DNA from: Desulfuromonadales bacterium
GTDB lineage: Bacteria; Desulfobacterota; Desulfuromonadia; Desulfuromonadales; SZUA-540
Assembly: GCA_033549025.1 (NCBI GenBank)
Contig: JAWSUS010000004.1
Coordinates: forward strand, 96,001-160,000
DNA: 64,000 bases
Direction: 5' to 3'
The notes under the pieces were generated by a model. The model worked only from the letters and a program-made list of their open reading frames with translations. It made no database searches and had not been told where the DNA came from. Numbering within the stretch: position 1 is the stretch's first letter; the number at the start of each line of letters is the position of its first letter. Both the position numbers and the translations under genes were made by a program. Positions 19,268 through 27,568 of the stretch are shown piece after piece.

Positions 19268-20677
19268 ATGCGCGTCGCCATTATCGGAGCCGGTATTTCC
19301 GGTCTGTCCACGGCTTTTGCCATTGAACGCCTGGCCCGCGAGGCCGGCCTCGACCTGCAGACGGTCATTTTTGAAAAGAAGGAGCGCACTGGCGGCAAAA
19401 TTCACAGTATCCAGGAAGAGGGATATCTGTGCGAGTGGGGGCCCAATGGCTTTCTCGACAACAAGCCCATGACCCTTGAACTCTGCGACCGGCTGGATAT
19501 CCGCGGCCAGCTGGCCCGCTCCAACGACAACGCTCGCAAGCGTTTCATCTATTCGGAAGGACAGTTGCACCGCCTGCCGGAAAACGGACCGTCCTTTCTG
19601 AAATCCCCGCTGATCTCCTGGCCAGGCAAGCTGCGTCTCGCCTGTGAGACGCTGATTCCCGCCTACCGGGGTGACGATGACGAGACCCTCGCGCATTTTG
19701 CCCGCCGCCGCCTGGGCGAGGAAGCCCTCGACAAACTCATCGCCCCCATGGTTTCCGGTATTTTTGCCGGCGACCCGGAGACCATGAGCCTCAAGAGCTG
19801 TTTCCCCCGCATCCATCAACTCGAACAGGATTACGGCGGCCTGATCAAGGCCATGCTCAAGCTGGCCAAAAAGAAGAAGGCCGAGCGCAAAGCCGGCAAG
19901 GTCGTGGCCAGTGCCGCCGGCCCTGGTGGCGTTCTCACCTCATTTGTCGGCGGCATCCAGGAGTTGACCGATCGTCTGCAGCAGGCCGTCACCGGCGAAC
20001 TGCGCACGGGGGTGGGTGTCAACGGCATCCTGCCCAAAAAAGGAGGATTTGAGCTGCACCTGGAGGACGGCTCCATCGAAGAGGCGGAGATGGTGGTCAG
20101 TGCCGCTCCCGCCTACGCCCTGGCCGGCATGCTGGAAGAGTCCCTGCCCGAGGTAGCGCAGACGCTCAAGGAGATCCCCTATGCCTCCATGAACGTCGTC
20201 TGCTTCGGCTACGCACGGGAGCAGATTGCCCGGGACCTGGACGGCTTCGGCTACCTCATTCCCCGCAAGGAAGGGCGCCACACGCTGGGCACCCTGTGGG
20301 ATTCGAGCATTTTCCCCAACCGTGCCCCCGAAGGGCATGTCCTTCTGCGCTCCATGATGGGCGGCGCGACCCATCCCGGCGCCTTCGAGCTGACCGAAGC
20401 GGAGGTCAAGTCGCGCGTGATGGAAGACCTGGCCACCATCATGGGGATCAAGGCCGAGCCGCAGTTTGTGCGCATCTTCCGCCATCGCCGCGCCATCCCC
20501 CAATATGTGGCCGGTCACGCCAGCAAATTACTGGCGCTGGACGAGAGGCTGGGGGCATGCCCCGGGTTGTTCTTCACGGGCAACGCCTATTTCGGGGTGG
20601 GGCTCAACGACTGTGTCAACGCCTCCAACCAGATGGCAGAAAAAGTGCTGGACCATGTCCGGGCCACCAAGGTCTGA
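19268..20677 (+). CDS. hemY: Protoporphyrinogen/coproporphyrinogen oxidase, HemY family
   Basis: IGAGISGL FAD motif, EWGPNGF, GFGYLIP, AIPQY and GVGLNDC motifs. Confidence 0.92.
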   Translation: MRVAIIGAGISGLSTAFAIERLAREAGLDLQTVIFEKKERTGGKIHSIQEEGYLCEWGPNGFLDNKPMTLELCDRLDIRGQLARSNDNARKRFIYSEGQLHRLPENGPSFLKSPLISWPGKLRLACETLIPAYRGDDDETLAHFARRRLGEEALDKLIAPMVSGIFAGDPETMSLKSCFPRIHQLEQDYGGLIKAMLKLAKKKKAERKAGKVVASAAGPGGVLTSFVGGIQELTDRLQQAVTGELRTGVGVNGILPKKGGFELHLEDGSIEEAEMVVSAAPAYALAGMLEESLPEVAQTLKEIPYASMNVVCFGYAREQIARDLDGFGYLIPRKEGRHTLGTLWDSSIFPNRAPEGHVLLRSMMGGATHPGAFELTEAEVKSRVMEDLATIMGIKAEPQFVRIFRHRRAIPQYVAGHASKLLALDERLGACPGLFFTGNAYFGVGLNDCVNASNQMAEKVLDHVRATKV

Positions 20678-20692
20678 GAATTCTCCGGATTG

Positions 20693-21640
20693 ATGCGTCC
20701 AATCAACCCTTCAGCCGCAACCGCTTTGGCGGGACGGGATGTCGGCCGAATCATCGGCCTGGTGGTGGTCTTCTACCTGGCCTGGGTGGGATTTTCTCTG
20801 GGCGTGCAACAACTGCCGGCACCCTCCATGCTCGAGGATTTGCTCCCCCTGCTGACTCTGGGGCTGCATCTGGGCTTCGCCGCTCTGGCCCTGGCTCTCT
20901 TCCACCGCACTTTCAGTCGGATATTCAAGGCCCATCCCCGCCTGCGCCTGGCGCTGATGGCCTTCTGCGTCCTGGTGGCCCTGGCCTTGTTCGGCGGCAG
21001 TCGCTGGCTGGTGCTGCCACCGTCGGTTTTTGTCGATCTGTTCGGCACGGCCAACCTGCTGCTGCTGGCCATGGTGCTGGGGAGCTGGATGACGACCGCC
21101 TTGAGCCGTCCGGCCGAGTTGGTCCCCGTTTGCCTGGTGATGTCGCTGGTCGATATTTTCAGCGTGAGTCGCGGCCCCAGTCGCATCATTGCCGGCCGCA
21201 TCGAGGAGTTCTACCTGAAGGGGAGGGAGGGGCTGGCCCCGGCCGGCGACTTTCTGCTCATCAAGATGACGCTCCCCGGCGACGCGGCCACCTTTCCCGT
21301 CTTTGGCGTATCGGACTGGATCATCGTCGCCTTTCTGGCCTTGGCCGCCGCCCGCTTCGGCTATAACGACAATCTGCTGGGACCCGGCCTCGCCACCCTG
21401 GGTGAGAGCAAAAGACCGGCGCTCTACTTCCCCCTGCCGGCAGCCGCCCTGCTGCTTGCCGTACTGCTGGCCCAATTTGCCGGCGTCTTCCTGCCGGCCC
21501 TTCCCTTTATTTCCGTACTCTTTCTGACCTTTCTCTTTGTGCGTTATCCGGCCAGCCGTCAGCTGCTGCGCACCGACTGGATGCTGGTGCTGACCTCCTT
21601 TGCGGCCATGGCCGCTCTCATGCTGCTCCCTTTGCGGTAG
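20693..21640 (+). CDS. Polytopic membrane protein with presenilin/SPP-like motifs (VDIFSV, FGVSD, PALP)
   Basis: Many hydrophobic segments; two intramembrane Asp motifs plus a C-terminal PALP. Function is inferred. Confidence 0.6.
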   Translation: MRPINPSAATALAGRDVGRIIGLVVVFYLAWVGFSLGVQQLPAPSMLEDLLPLLTLGLHLGFAALALALFHRTFSRIFKAHPRLRLALMAFCVLVALALFGGSRWLVLPPSVFVDLFGTANLLLLAMVLGSWMTTALSRPAELVPVCLVMSLVDIFSVSRGPSRIIAGRIEEFYLKGREGLAPAGDFLLIKMTLPGDAATFPVFGVSDWIIVAFLALAAARFGYNDNLLGPGLATLGESKRPALYFPLPAAALLLAVLLAQFAGVFLPALPFISVLFLTFLFVRYPASRQLLRTDWMLVLTSFAAMAALMLLPLR

Positions 21641-21720
21641 CTTCTCCGCTCATAATAAAGAAAGGCCGACATACGCCGGCCTTTTTGCTTAAAATCCCTC
21701 TGCCTCTAACGTGCAGCGTG

Positions 21721-22362
21721 TCAGGCATCCCATTTGCTGTGGCGATGCTCGGCGTAGTCGCGGCGCACCTTGCCCGTGAACATGGTGGGGAGGAGGGGAC
21801 GGTTGGCCTTGATCAGAAAAGCGCCGAGATGGGCGACGAACAGGCCGAGGAAGGCCATGGTCGCCAGGGTGTGGGTCAGGGTGACCACCTGCAGAAAGGT
21901 CGGATCCAGCGTGATGACGCCGGTGTTTTTGTAGACCTTGATCAGGCCGGTGGCGATGAGCAGCAGCGAAGTGAGACCCATGGCCGCGTAGGCGAGGCGC
22001 TGTTCGGCCAGAAACTTGCCGCTCGGCGGCTCTTCCTGGCCCGTCAACATGGCCTTGATGATCTCGACGCTCTCTTTGACATCCCCTTTTTGCGGGACGG
22101 CGGCGAATTCGCGGCGGCGCAGATGAAAGACCAGGTGAAAAAAGACGGCGACGGTAAAGACTATGGCCGCCAGATAATGGATGACCTGCTGGACCAGAAA
22201 ATCCGAAGCCCAGCCCAGTCCCGGCAGTTCGTTGACATAGAAGCGACCGTACAGAGGCATGGTACCGAAGCCGGAAAAGATCAGAACCAGGCCGCTGATG
22301 GCCACGGCCCAGTGAGTCAGGCGCACGGCGCCATCATGACGCAATACGTAATTATTTTTCAT
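21721..22362 (-). CDS. Di-heme cytochrome b membrane subunit (FdnI/PhsC-like)
   Basis: RLTHW, VIHY, GKFLAEQRLAY, LTHTL and VAHL His-bearing TM helices; ATG 22362 overlaps the upstream Fe-S gene. Confidence 0.85.
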   Translation of the reverse strand: MKNNYVLRHDGAVRLTHWAVAISGLVLIFSGFGTMPLYGRFYVNELPGLGWASDFLVQQVIHYLAAIVFTVAVFFHLVFHLRRREFAAVPQKGDVKESVEIIKAMLTGQEEPPSGKFLAEQRLAYAAMGLTSLLLIATGLIKVYKNTGVITLDPTFLQVVTLTHTLATMAFLGLFVAHLGAFLIKANRPLLPTMFTGKVRRDYAEHRHSKWDA

Positions 22363-23326
22363 CGTTCTTCTCCCGTTTCGATACCGTGGCGGCAAAGGCA
22401 CCGACGACGCCGGCCACCGGGGCGAGCAGGGCCGCCTTGGCCAGGGCGCTCTGCTTTTCCAGGGCGTTTTCAGGGTTATGCAAGCGCATGACCTTGGCGG
22501 AATCAGCCCCTTGTCGCAGGGCGACATCGATCTGGTCAAAGGGCACTTTGGAAACATACAGGGTCGCGGTGCCGCCGTGTTCCGTATTGCCATAAAGGTG
22601 ACCGGAGTAAGAAGCGGCCAACGCCTCCGCCTGTCGCAGAATATCCTGGCGGTGTCCAATGTGCATGGCGCCACGAGGGCAGGCCGTCATGCAGGCGGGC
22701 TTTTCGCCTCGGGCCAGATCGTCGCGGCAGAGGTCGCATTTGTACATGACGCCGCCGCCGACGGGAGCGGGGTCGAGATAGGTATAGACGCCGACGCCGG
22801 CCTGACGCTGGGGCACATCCCAGGGGCAGACGGTGCGACACTTGGCGCCGCCGAAGCAGAGGGACGGGTCGATATGCACAGGCCCGTCCTTGTCCTTCTT
22901 GGCGGTGCCGAAGGGGCAGAGCTTGACGCAGGGGGGATTGTCGCAGTGCATGCAGCGGCGCGGGATGCTCAGTTCCTGTGGCTGGCCATCGACCTCGACG
23001 GCGACCTTCTGCACGAAGAGCCAGTTGTAGGGGGTCAGGCGTTCCGTCAACTCGCGGCGGCCGCTCCAATCCTCATGGGATTTTTGGGGCCAGTAATCCT
23101 TGAGCATGGCCGGATCGGGCTCGGGAAAGCGGGAGGCGTTGTGCTGGCGGCAGGCCGACACACAGGCTGGCGTGTCCTTGCCGGGGCAGCCGTCGCAGCG
23201 GGTGAGATCGATCAGGGTGGCGTAGGAATCGTCGGCAAGAGCCGCCTGCGCCCGGCCCTTCGGGACGACCGTGGCCGCGGTGGCCGCTGCCATGCCGGCC
23301 AGAAAGCTTCTGCGGGAAAATTTCAT
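22352..23326 (-). CDS. Tat-exported 4Fe-4S dicluster electron-transfer subunit (FdnH/PsrB-like) with C-terminal TM anchor
   Basis: SRRSFL Tat motif; four Cys groups CDGC..C..C, CMHCDNPPCVKLCP, CFGGAKCRTVCP and CDLC..CMTACP. Confidence 0.88.
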   Translation of the reverse strand: MKFSRRSFLAGMAAATAATVVPKGRAQAALADDSYATLIDLTRCDGCPGKDTPACVSACRQHNASRFPEPDPAMLKDYWPQKSHEDWSGRRELTERLTPYNWLFVQKVAVEVDGQPQELSIPRRCMHCDNPPCVKLCPFGTAKKDKDGPVHIDPSLCFGGAKCRTVCPWDVPQRQAGVGVYTYLDPAPVGGGVMYKCDLCRDDLARGEKPACMTACPRGAMHIGHRQDILRQAEALAASYSGHLYGNTEHGGTATLYVSKVPFDQIDVALRQGADSAKVMRLHNPENALEKQSALAKAALLAPVAGVVGAFAATVSKREKNDEK

Positions 23327-23383
23327 AGACACCTCTTTTTCATTTCTTGCGGAAAGTTCAATGGGCTTTGTTTTGGCTGAAAT

Positions 23384-23395
23384 GAACGTTCGTTC
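23384..23395. promoter_or_regulatory. Palindromic operator GAACG-TT-CGTTC (copy 1)
   Basis: Perfect 5-2-5 palindrome about 58 bp upstream of the Fe-S gene; near-identical copy at 34650-34663. Confidence 0.6.
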
Positions 23396-23415
23396 GGTGC
23401 GAGTAGGTAAAAAAT

Positions 23416-24012
23416 CTATCTGCTGACCGATTTCCAGGAACATTGCCAAACCGGTTCGAAATAACGCGATACCTTGTCTTGGATAAGACCGTCCAGGAAA
23501 AGATAGACCATGCGCATGGGGCCTCCAAACAGGCTGGTAACCGCCACGATGGGATCCATAACCGCGATTTCCCCATTATCCATCCCTTCCTGAACCATCT
23601 GTTTCATCAGGGCGAAAGGGCTGGACGAACAGATGGGGACGCCGTCCGACATGAACTCGCGATGGCGGGCGTTCAGGATAAACTCCGTGGCCGCCGGCTG
23701 GTTGTCCGCCATGGAGAGCAGCAGAGCGATCGCCGCCCGGCAGCGCTCATAGGCGCTGGTGTGTTGGGCCAGAATGTTGCGCATGGCCTCTTCCATTTGT
23801 GTCAGCAGGTCGTGGTGGATCGCCTTGGCGATGGCTTCTTTGCTGGCAAAATGGTGATAGATGGAGCCGATGCTGATGTCCGCTTCCTTGCGGATATCCT
23901 GTACGGAGGTATTGAAATAGCCGTTACGGGAAAAGAGCCCCAAGGCCGTATCGAGAATCAGCCTCCGGGTCGCATCGGGTGTGGATGTTTTTGTCCTGGC
24001 CTCAGTCGTCAT
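23416..24012 (-). CDS. TetR/AcrR-family regulator
   Basis: GYFNTSVQDIRKEADISIGSIYHHFASKE HTH. Confidence 0.92.
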   Translation of the reverse strand: MTTEARTKTSTPDATRRLILDTALGLFSRNGYFNTSVQDIRKEADISIGSIYHHFASKEAIAKAIHHDLLTQMEEAMRNILAQHTSAYERCRAAIALLLSMADNQPAATEFILNARHREFMSDGVPICSSSPFALMKQMVQEGMDNGEIAVMDPIVAVTSLFGGPMRMVYLFLDGLIQDKVSRYFEPVWQCSWKSVSR

Positions 24013-24093
24013 AAAAGTCAGCGGCGTTTGGCAGGCTGGCCCACCAGATCTTTAATCAGTATTTATAGCTCTAGGTTTATATATTGAAAAGTG

Positions 24094-24122
24094 AATATAT
24101 AGAAAGGGCAGCCCCAGGTCAA
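24094..24122 (-). promoter_or_regulatory. sigma70-like promoter of the tetR gene
   Basis: Minus strand TTGACC-17 nt-TATATT; the -10 overlaps the palindrome TATATATT-N8-AATATATA (24078-24101). Confidence 0.55.
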
Positions 24123-24136
24123 GCTTTTAATGAGAC

Positions 24137-24970
24137 TCAGGGAGTGACCGCTTCCAGCGGTGACAGGGGGGGGATGTCCAGGGTCTGCACGAGTTGGGAA
24201 AACTCGCCGTCTTTGAAGACGATGGGTAGCATGCGGGTGAGGGGGCGAAGCTTGCGGGGGTTTTTGAGCCAATCCTCCAGGTCTTTTTCGGACCAGGGCG
24301 CATCCTTGCCCGGTTTTTCAGGGCTGCGCGGATAATAGGGGGTGAGTAGGCCGGAGAGGTTGGGGGCCGTTTCACCCTCACCGAGCCCACCCTCTTTCAA
24401 GGTGAGGGCGCGGTGACAACCGCCACAGCGTTTGGCGAAGATGTTTTCCGAGGCGGCGCCTTCTTTCTCGAAGTGAATGACCAGCGGCGTCTCGGCGAGC
24501 GATGGCGGGGCAGCGGCCCCTTCTTTAAGCAGAAGCGTCACCATGGCAGCAAGATCATCAGGCCCGAAACGGAAGTCGGGCATCAGGGCCACGGGTTGGC
24601 GGATACTCTCTTCCAGTTCCAGCGGTGGCGTGACGGCGGCGGCGCGGTCAAGATTGCTGGCCAGGGTGGTGCCCTTGCCGCCCAGAGTGTGGCAGCGCCG
24701 GCAGCCGGCCTGGTCGGCCAGGGTGGTGCCGCGTTTTACCACGGGAGAGTCGGTCTGGTTGAAGGTGGCATGGCGGCCGGGCACGAAGCGGTCATGAGCG
24801 ATCTCCTGGCGCTTGGTGCCGGGGTGCCCGCGATGGCAGTCGGTGCAGGTGCCCTGACCGTCAAAATGAGTCTCATGACAGCGCAGGCACAAGGGTTGAC
24901 CGGCTGCGCAGGAAGCGCCCACGGGCATAGCCAGCAGAAAAAGAATCAGAAAGGCAACACGAAAGCCCAA
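24137..24970 (-). CDS. extS: Tetraheme c-type cytochrome, ExtS-like
   Basis: 4 CxxCH (CLRCH, CTDCH, CRRCH, CGGCH) and a signal peptide; last gene of the ext-type cluster. Symbol assigned by gene order. Confidence 0.7.
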   Translation of the reverse strand: MGFRVAFLILFLLAMPVGASCAAGQPLCLRCHETHFDGQGTCTDCHRGHPGTKRQEIAHDRFVPGRHATFNQTDSPVVKRGTTLADQAGCRRCHTLGGKGTTLASNLDRAAAVTPPLELEESIRQPVALMPDFRFGPDDLAAMVTLLLKEGAAAPPSLAETPLVIHFEKEGAASENIFAKRCGGCHRALTLKEGGLGEGETAPNLSGLLTPYYPRSPEKPGKDAPWSEKDLEDWLKNPRKLRPLTRMLPIVFKDGEFSQLVQTLDIPPLSPLEAVTP

Positions 24971-25359
24971 TTTTCACCTCGAAAAAACATGGCAATCAGC
25001 GTCAGGGTCAAAATGCCGAAGAAGGCGACCAGGCAGAGGGCGGTGGCCAGACGCTGATCACGGCCAAACCAGCGAGCGCGGGTGGCCGGAGGCGATCCTG
25101 GCAGGAAGGGGAGCAGCAGAAAGACCAAGGCACCGACGATGATGAGATAGACCAGGTACTTGGAATAGCTCACCAGTTCCTGGGTCCACAGCAGGAACCA
25201 GGCGGATTTGACGGGATTGGGCACGGTGGCGATGTCAGCCGGCCCCTGCAACGGAGCGGGGAGGAGCAGGGCCAGCCCCATGAGCACGAGGCAGGTGACC
25301 CATGCCGCCCTTTTGATGAGAGGAAAGAAACCCTCGGTGCTGAAAACGTATTTTTTCAT
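24946..25359 (-). CDS. extQ: Cytochrome b subunit IV-like membrane protein, ExtQ-like
   Basis: PAPLQGPAD..PNPVKSAWFLL and three TM helices; ATG 25359 overlaps the cytochrome b stop. Confidence 0.75.
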   Translation of the reverse strand: MKKYVFSTEGFFPLIKRAAWVTCLVLMGLALLLPAPLQGPADIATVPNPVKSAWFLLWTQELVSYSKYLVYLIIVGALVFLLLPFLPGSPPATRARWFGRDQRLATALCLVAFFGILTLTLIAMFFRGENWAFVLPF

Positions 25360-25982
25360 AGGTAGGGCAACACTCCCTTGTCTCGCCGGATGCGGTAAAA
25401 ATGCAGCAGGCAGAGGGCGAGCATGCAGGCCGGCACAAAGACGATATGCAGGGCGTAAAAACGCAGCAGCGACAGCTCGCCGCCGACCTCGTCGGGCACC
25501 AGAATCCGTTTCAGCGCCGGGCCGCCGGGTACCGTGGCTAGCAGCTCCATCCCCGTCTGCGTGGCCCACAGGGCGAGCTGATCCATGGGCAGCAGATAGC
25601 CGGTGTAGGCGGCGAAGACGGCCAGGCAGAGCAGTCCGAAGCCGATAATCCAGTTCAGCTCCCGCGGCTTGCGGTAGGCCCCGGTGAGAATCACGCGCAG
25701 GGTATGTAGGAAGATAAAAATCAGCAGCGCGTGGGAGCAGATGCGGTGCAGGCTGCGGATATAGCCGCCCAGAAAGACGCTGCGCTCCAGGGCCAGAATC
25801 GACTCAAAGGCCTTCTCCGGGGTCGGCTGATAGTAGAAGATCAGCAGCAGGCCGGTGACGATGAGGAGCAAAAAGGCGGTAAAGGCCAGTCCCCCCAGGC
25901 AAAAGGTATAGGTCATCCGCAGGTTGCGTCGCAACACCACGCGAGGGAAGAGATGGGCGATAAAGTCTCTATACACGCTCAA
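25356..25982 (-). CDS. extP: Cytochrome b (N-terminal b/b6-type), ExtP-like
   Basis: CLGG, TGLLLIFYY, RSLH..LHTLR, NWIIG, TGYLLP and RFYALH..LLHF motifs. Confidence 0.85.
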   Translation of the reverse strand: MSVYRDFIAHLFPRVVLRRNLRMTYTFCLGGLAFTAFLLLIVTGLLLIFYYQPTPEKAFESILALERSVFLGGYIRSLHRICSHALLIFIFLHTLRVILTGAYRKPRELNWIIGFGLLCLAVFAAYTGYLLPMDQLALWATQTGMELLATVPGGPALKRILVPDEVGGELSLLRFYALHIVFVPACMLALCLLHFYRIRRDKGVLPYL

Positions 25983-26381
25983 TCAGGCCTTTCCGCTGTA
26001 GATCGTCAACAGGTCGCCACGTTCTTCCAAAGCCAACCGCCGCAGGGGCTCGTCGGCCGGGCCGGACAGTACGGCGCCGTCGCGGGCAAAGAGGCTGCCG
26101 TGACAGGGACAGACCAGGTTCGTGGGGGTGACCGACACCGTACAGCCCAGATGGGTGCAGGTCAGGTCCAGGGCGAACACCTCTTCGCCCTGACGGATGA
26201 CGGCCACCCGTGCCTGGCGAAAGACCAGGGCGCCGTCGGGGGGGATGTCACCTCGTGGGACCTCCAGCAACACCTGCTGCGGGGCGGCCTTGGGAAAGAG
26301 AAATTTGCCGACCAGCAGAGCCAGCCCCGAAAAAGTCAGGGTTTTGAGGAGGTATCGACGCTTTCGACCAAACTTTTCCAT
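25983..26381 (-). CDS. extO: Rieske [2Fe-2S] protein
   Basis: CTHLGC and CPCHGS boxes; KRRYLL Tat-like start at ATG 26381. Symbol assigned by gene order only. Confidence 0.8.
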   Translation of the reverse strand: MEKFGRKRRYLLKTLTFSGLALLVGKFLFPKAAPQQVLLEVPRGDIPPDGALVFRQARVAVIRQGEEVFALDLTCTHLGCTVSVTPTNLVCPCHGSLFARDGAVLSGPADEPLRRLALEERGDLLTIYSGKA

Positions 26382-27568
26382 TTTTCGATATAAGCCTTGG
26401 TGTAGGTGGACGTCGGTGTGCTCAGGCGCTCGTAGCGTTCTGGCGTCATGAACTGGCCGTTGACCAGGGTCTGTCCTTCCTGACTCCAGAAAGAGGGCAA
26501 CGGCAGACCGTCGCGCTGCAGTTCGTAGATACGGTCTCGGGGGTCTTCCAGCAGAAAGCGGCGCGGATTGTCGTGGCAGGCCTCGCAGGTCGCCGTGCCG
26601 CGACGGATGGTATGGGGAAAGAAGGCTTTCCACTGGGCGGCGACCAGGGCGTTTTCCACCCGATTCGGATCATCCTTTTGGCGCAGGTCCGAGTAAAAGG
26701 CGATGAACTGGGGCCGGATTGGGCTGACCTTGCCGCGACTGTTCAGCCCCAGGGGGGGCGCGTTCTGCTGGCGCAGATAGGCGCTCTGCACATATTCATC
26801 GGCCGGATTCTGCTTGAGATTGAAGTACTCGCGGTTGGGGTTGTTCCCCAGTCGCAGGAAAAAGCTGCCGTATTCCTGGGGTGCCCAGCTGGCGTGGCAG
26901 GCAGTGCATTCCAGTTGTTCCCGATGGGCGGCGATGCGGTGCTCGACAATGGTCGGGTCCGGTTCATGGCAGTCCGTGCATTCCTTGGCGCTGAGACGGC
27001 CGTCCACCAGGCTCTGCATGCTGTGGCAGTCGCCGCAGCTCAGCCCCGCTTCCTCATGCACGTCGGGGCGCATCTTCAGGTAGGCTTGGCCGTCGACGAT
27101 TTCGCCCCGCTGGTAGCGGTTGTGATTCTCTCGCGGCGCCCGTCCGAAAAAGTCGGCGCCGACAAAATAGCCCTGGTGACAGCGGTGGCAGGTGTCCGAA
27201 GTCGGGCGCGTGAGGGTATGGATGTCCGCCCCGTGGCAATCAGCGCAGGAACTTACATGGCAGTCGGCGCAGTTCTTTTGGAAAAAGTCAGCGTCATGGG
27301 CTCCGAAAGCGCCGTGTACGAAGGCCTTCTCAGCGCTGCGGGTGGTCATGGCCTGGGTAAATATAGCTTCATAGCCGCCGTGGCAGTCCGCACATGCCCG
27401 TGCCCCGTCGCGCACCGGGCCGGCGTCGCCTGTCGTATGGCAGTCGGCGCAGCTGAGGTCGCCATGGGCGCCGCTGAGGCGTTTTGTGGTGGGGTCGGCC
27501 ACGGCCGCCCCGCAGAGGCTAAGGCCGAGCAGGCACAGAGCGCTCAAGGCAGCGATCCAGCGCGCCAT
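26336..27568 (-). CDS. extN: Multiheme c-type cytochrome (9 CxxCH), ExtN-like
   Basis: 9 CxxCH counted; signal peptide; PHTIRR..CEACH C-terminal pattern. Symbol assigned by gene order. Confidence 0.8.
   Translation of the reverse strand: MARWIAALSALCLLGLSLCGAAVADPTTKRLSGAHGDLSCADCHTTGDAGPVRDGARACADCHGGYEAIFTQAMTTRSAEKAFVHGAFGAHDADFFQKNCADCHVSSCADCHGADIHTLTRPTSDTCHRCHQGYFVGADFFGRAPRENHNRYQRGEIVDGQAYLKMRPDVHEEAGLSCGDCHSMQSLVDGRLSAKECTDCHEPDPTIVEHRIAAHREQLECTACHASWAPQEYGSFFLRLGNNPNREYFNLKQNPADEYVQSAYLRQQNAPPLGLNSRGKVSPIRPQFIAFYSDLRQKDDPNRVENALVAAQWKAFFPHTIRRGTATCEACHDNPRRFLLEDPRDRIYELQRDGLPLPSFWSQEGQTLVNGQFMTPERYERLSTPTSTYTKAYIEKWKSLVESVDTSSKP

Noticed and set aside
24127..24139. Second Sec readthrough at the extS TGA stop
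   Set aside because: A TAA follows after three codons and there is no SECIS-like hairpin or redox-motif context.
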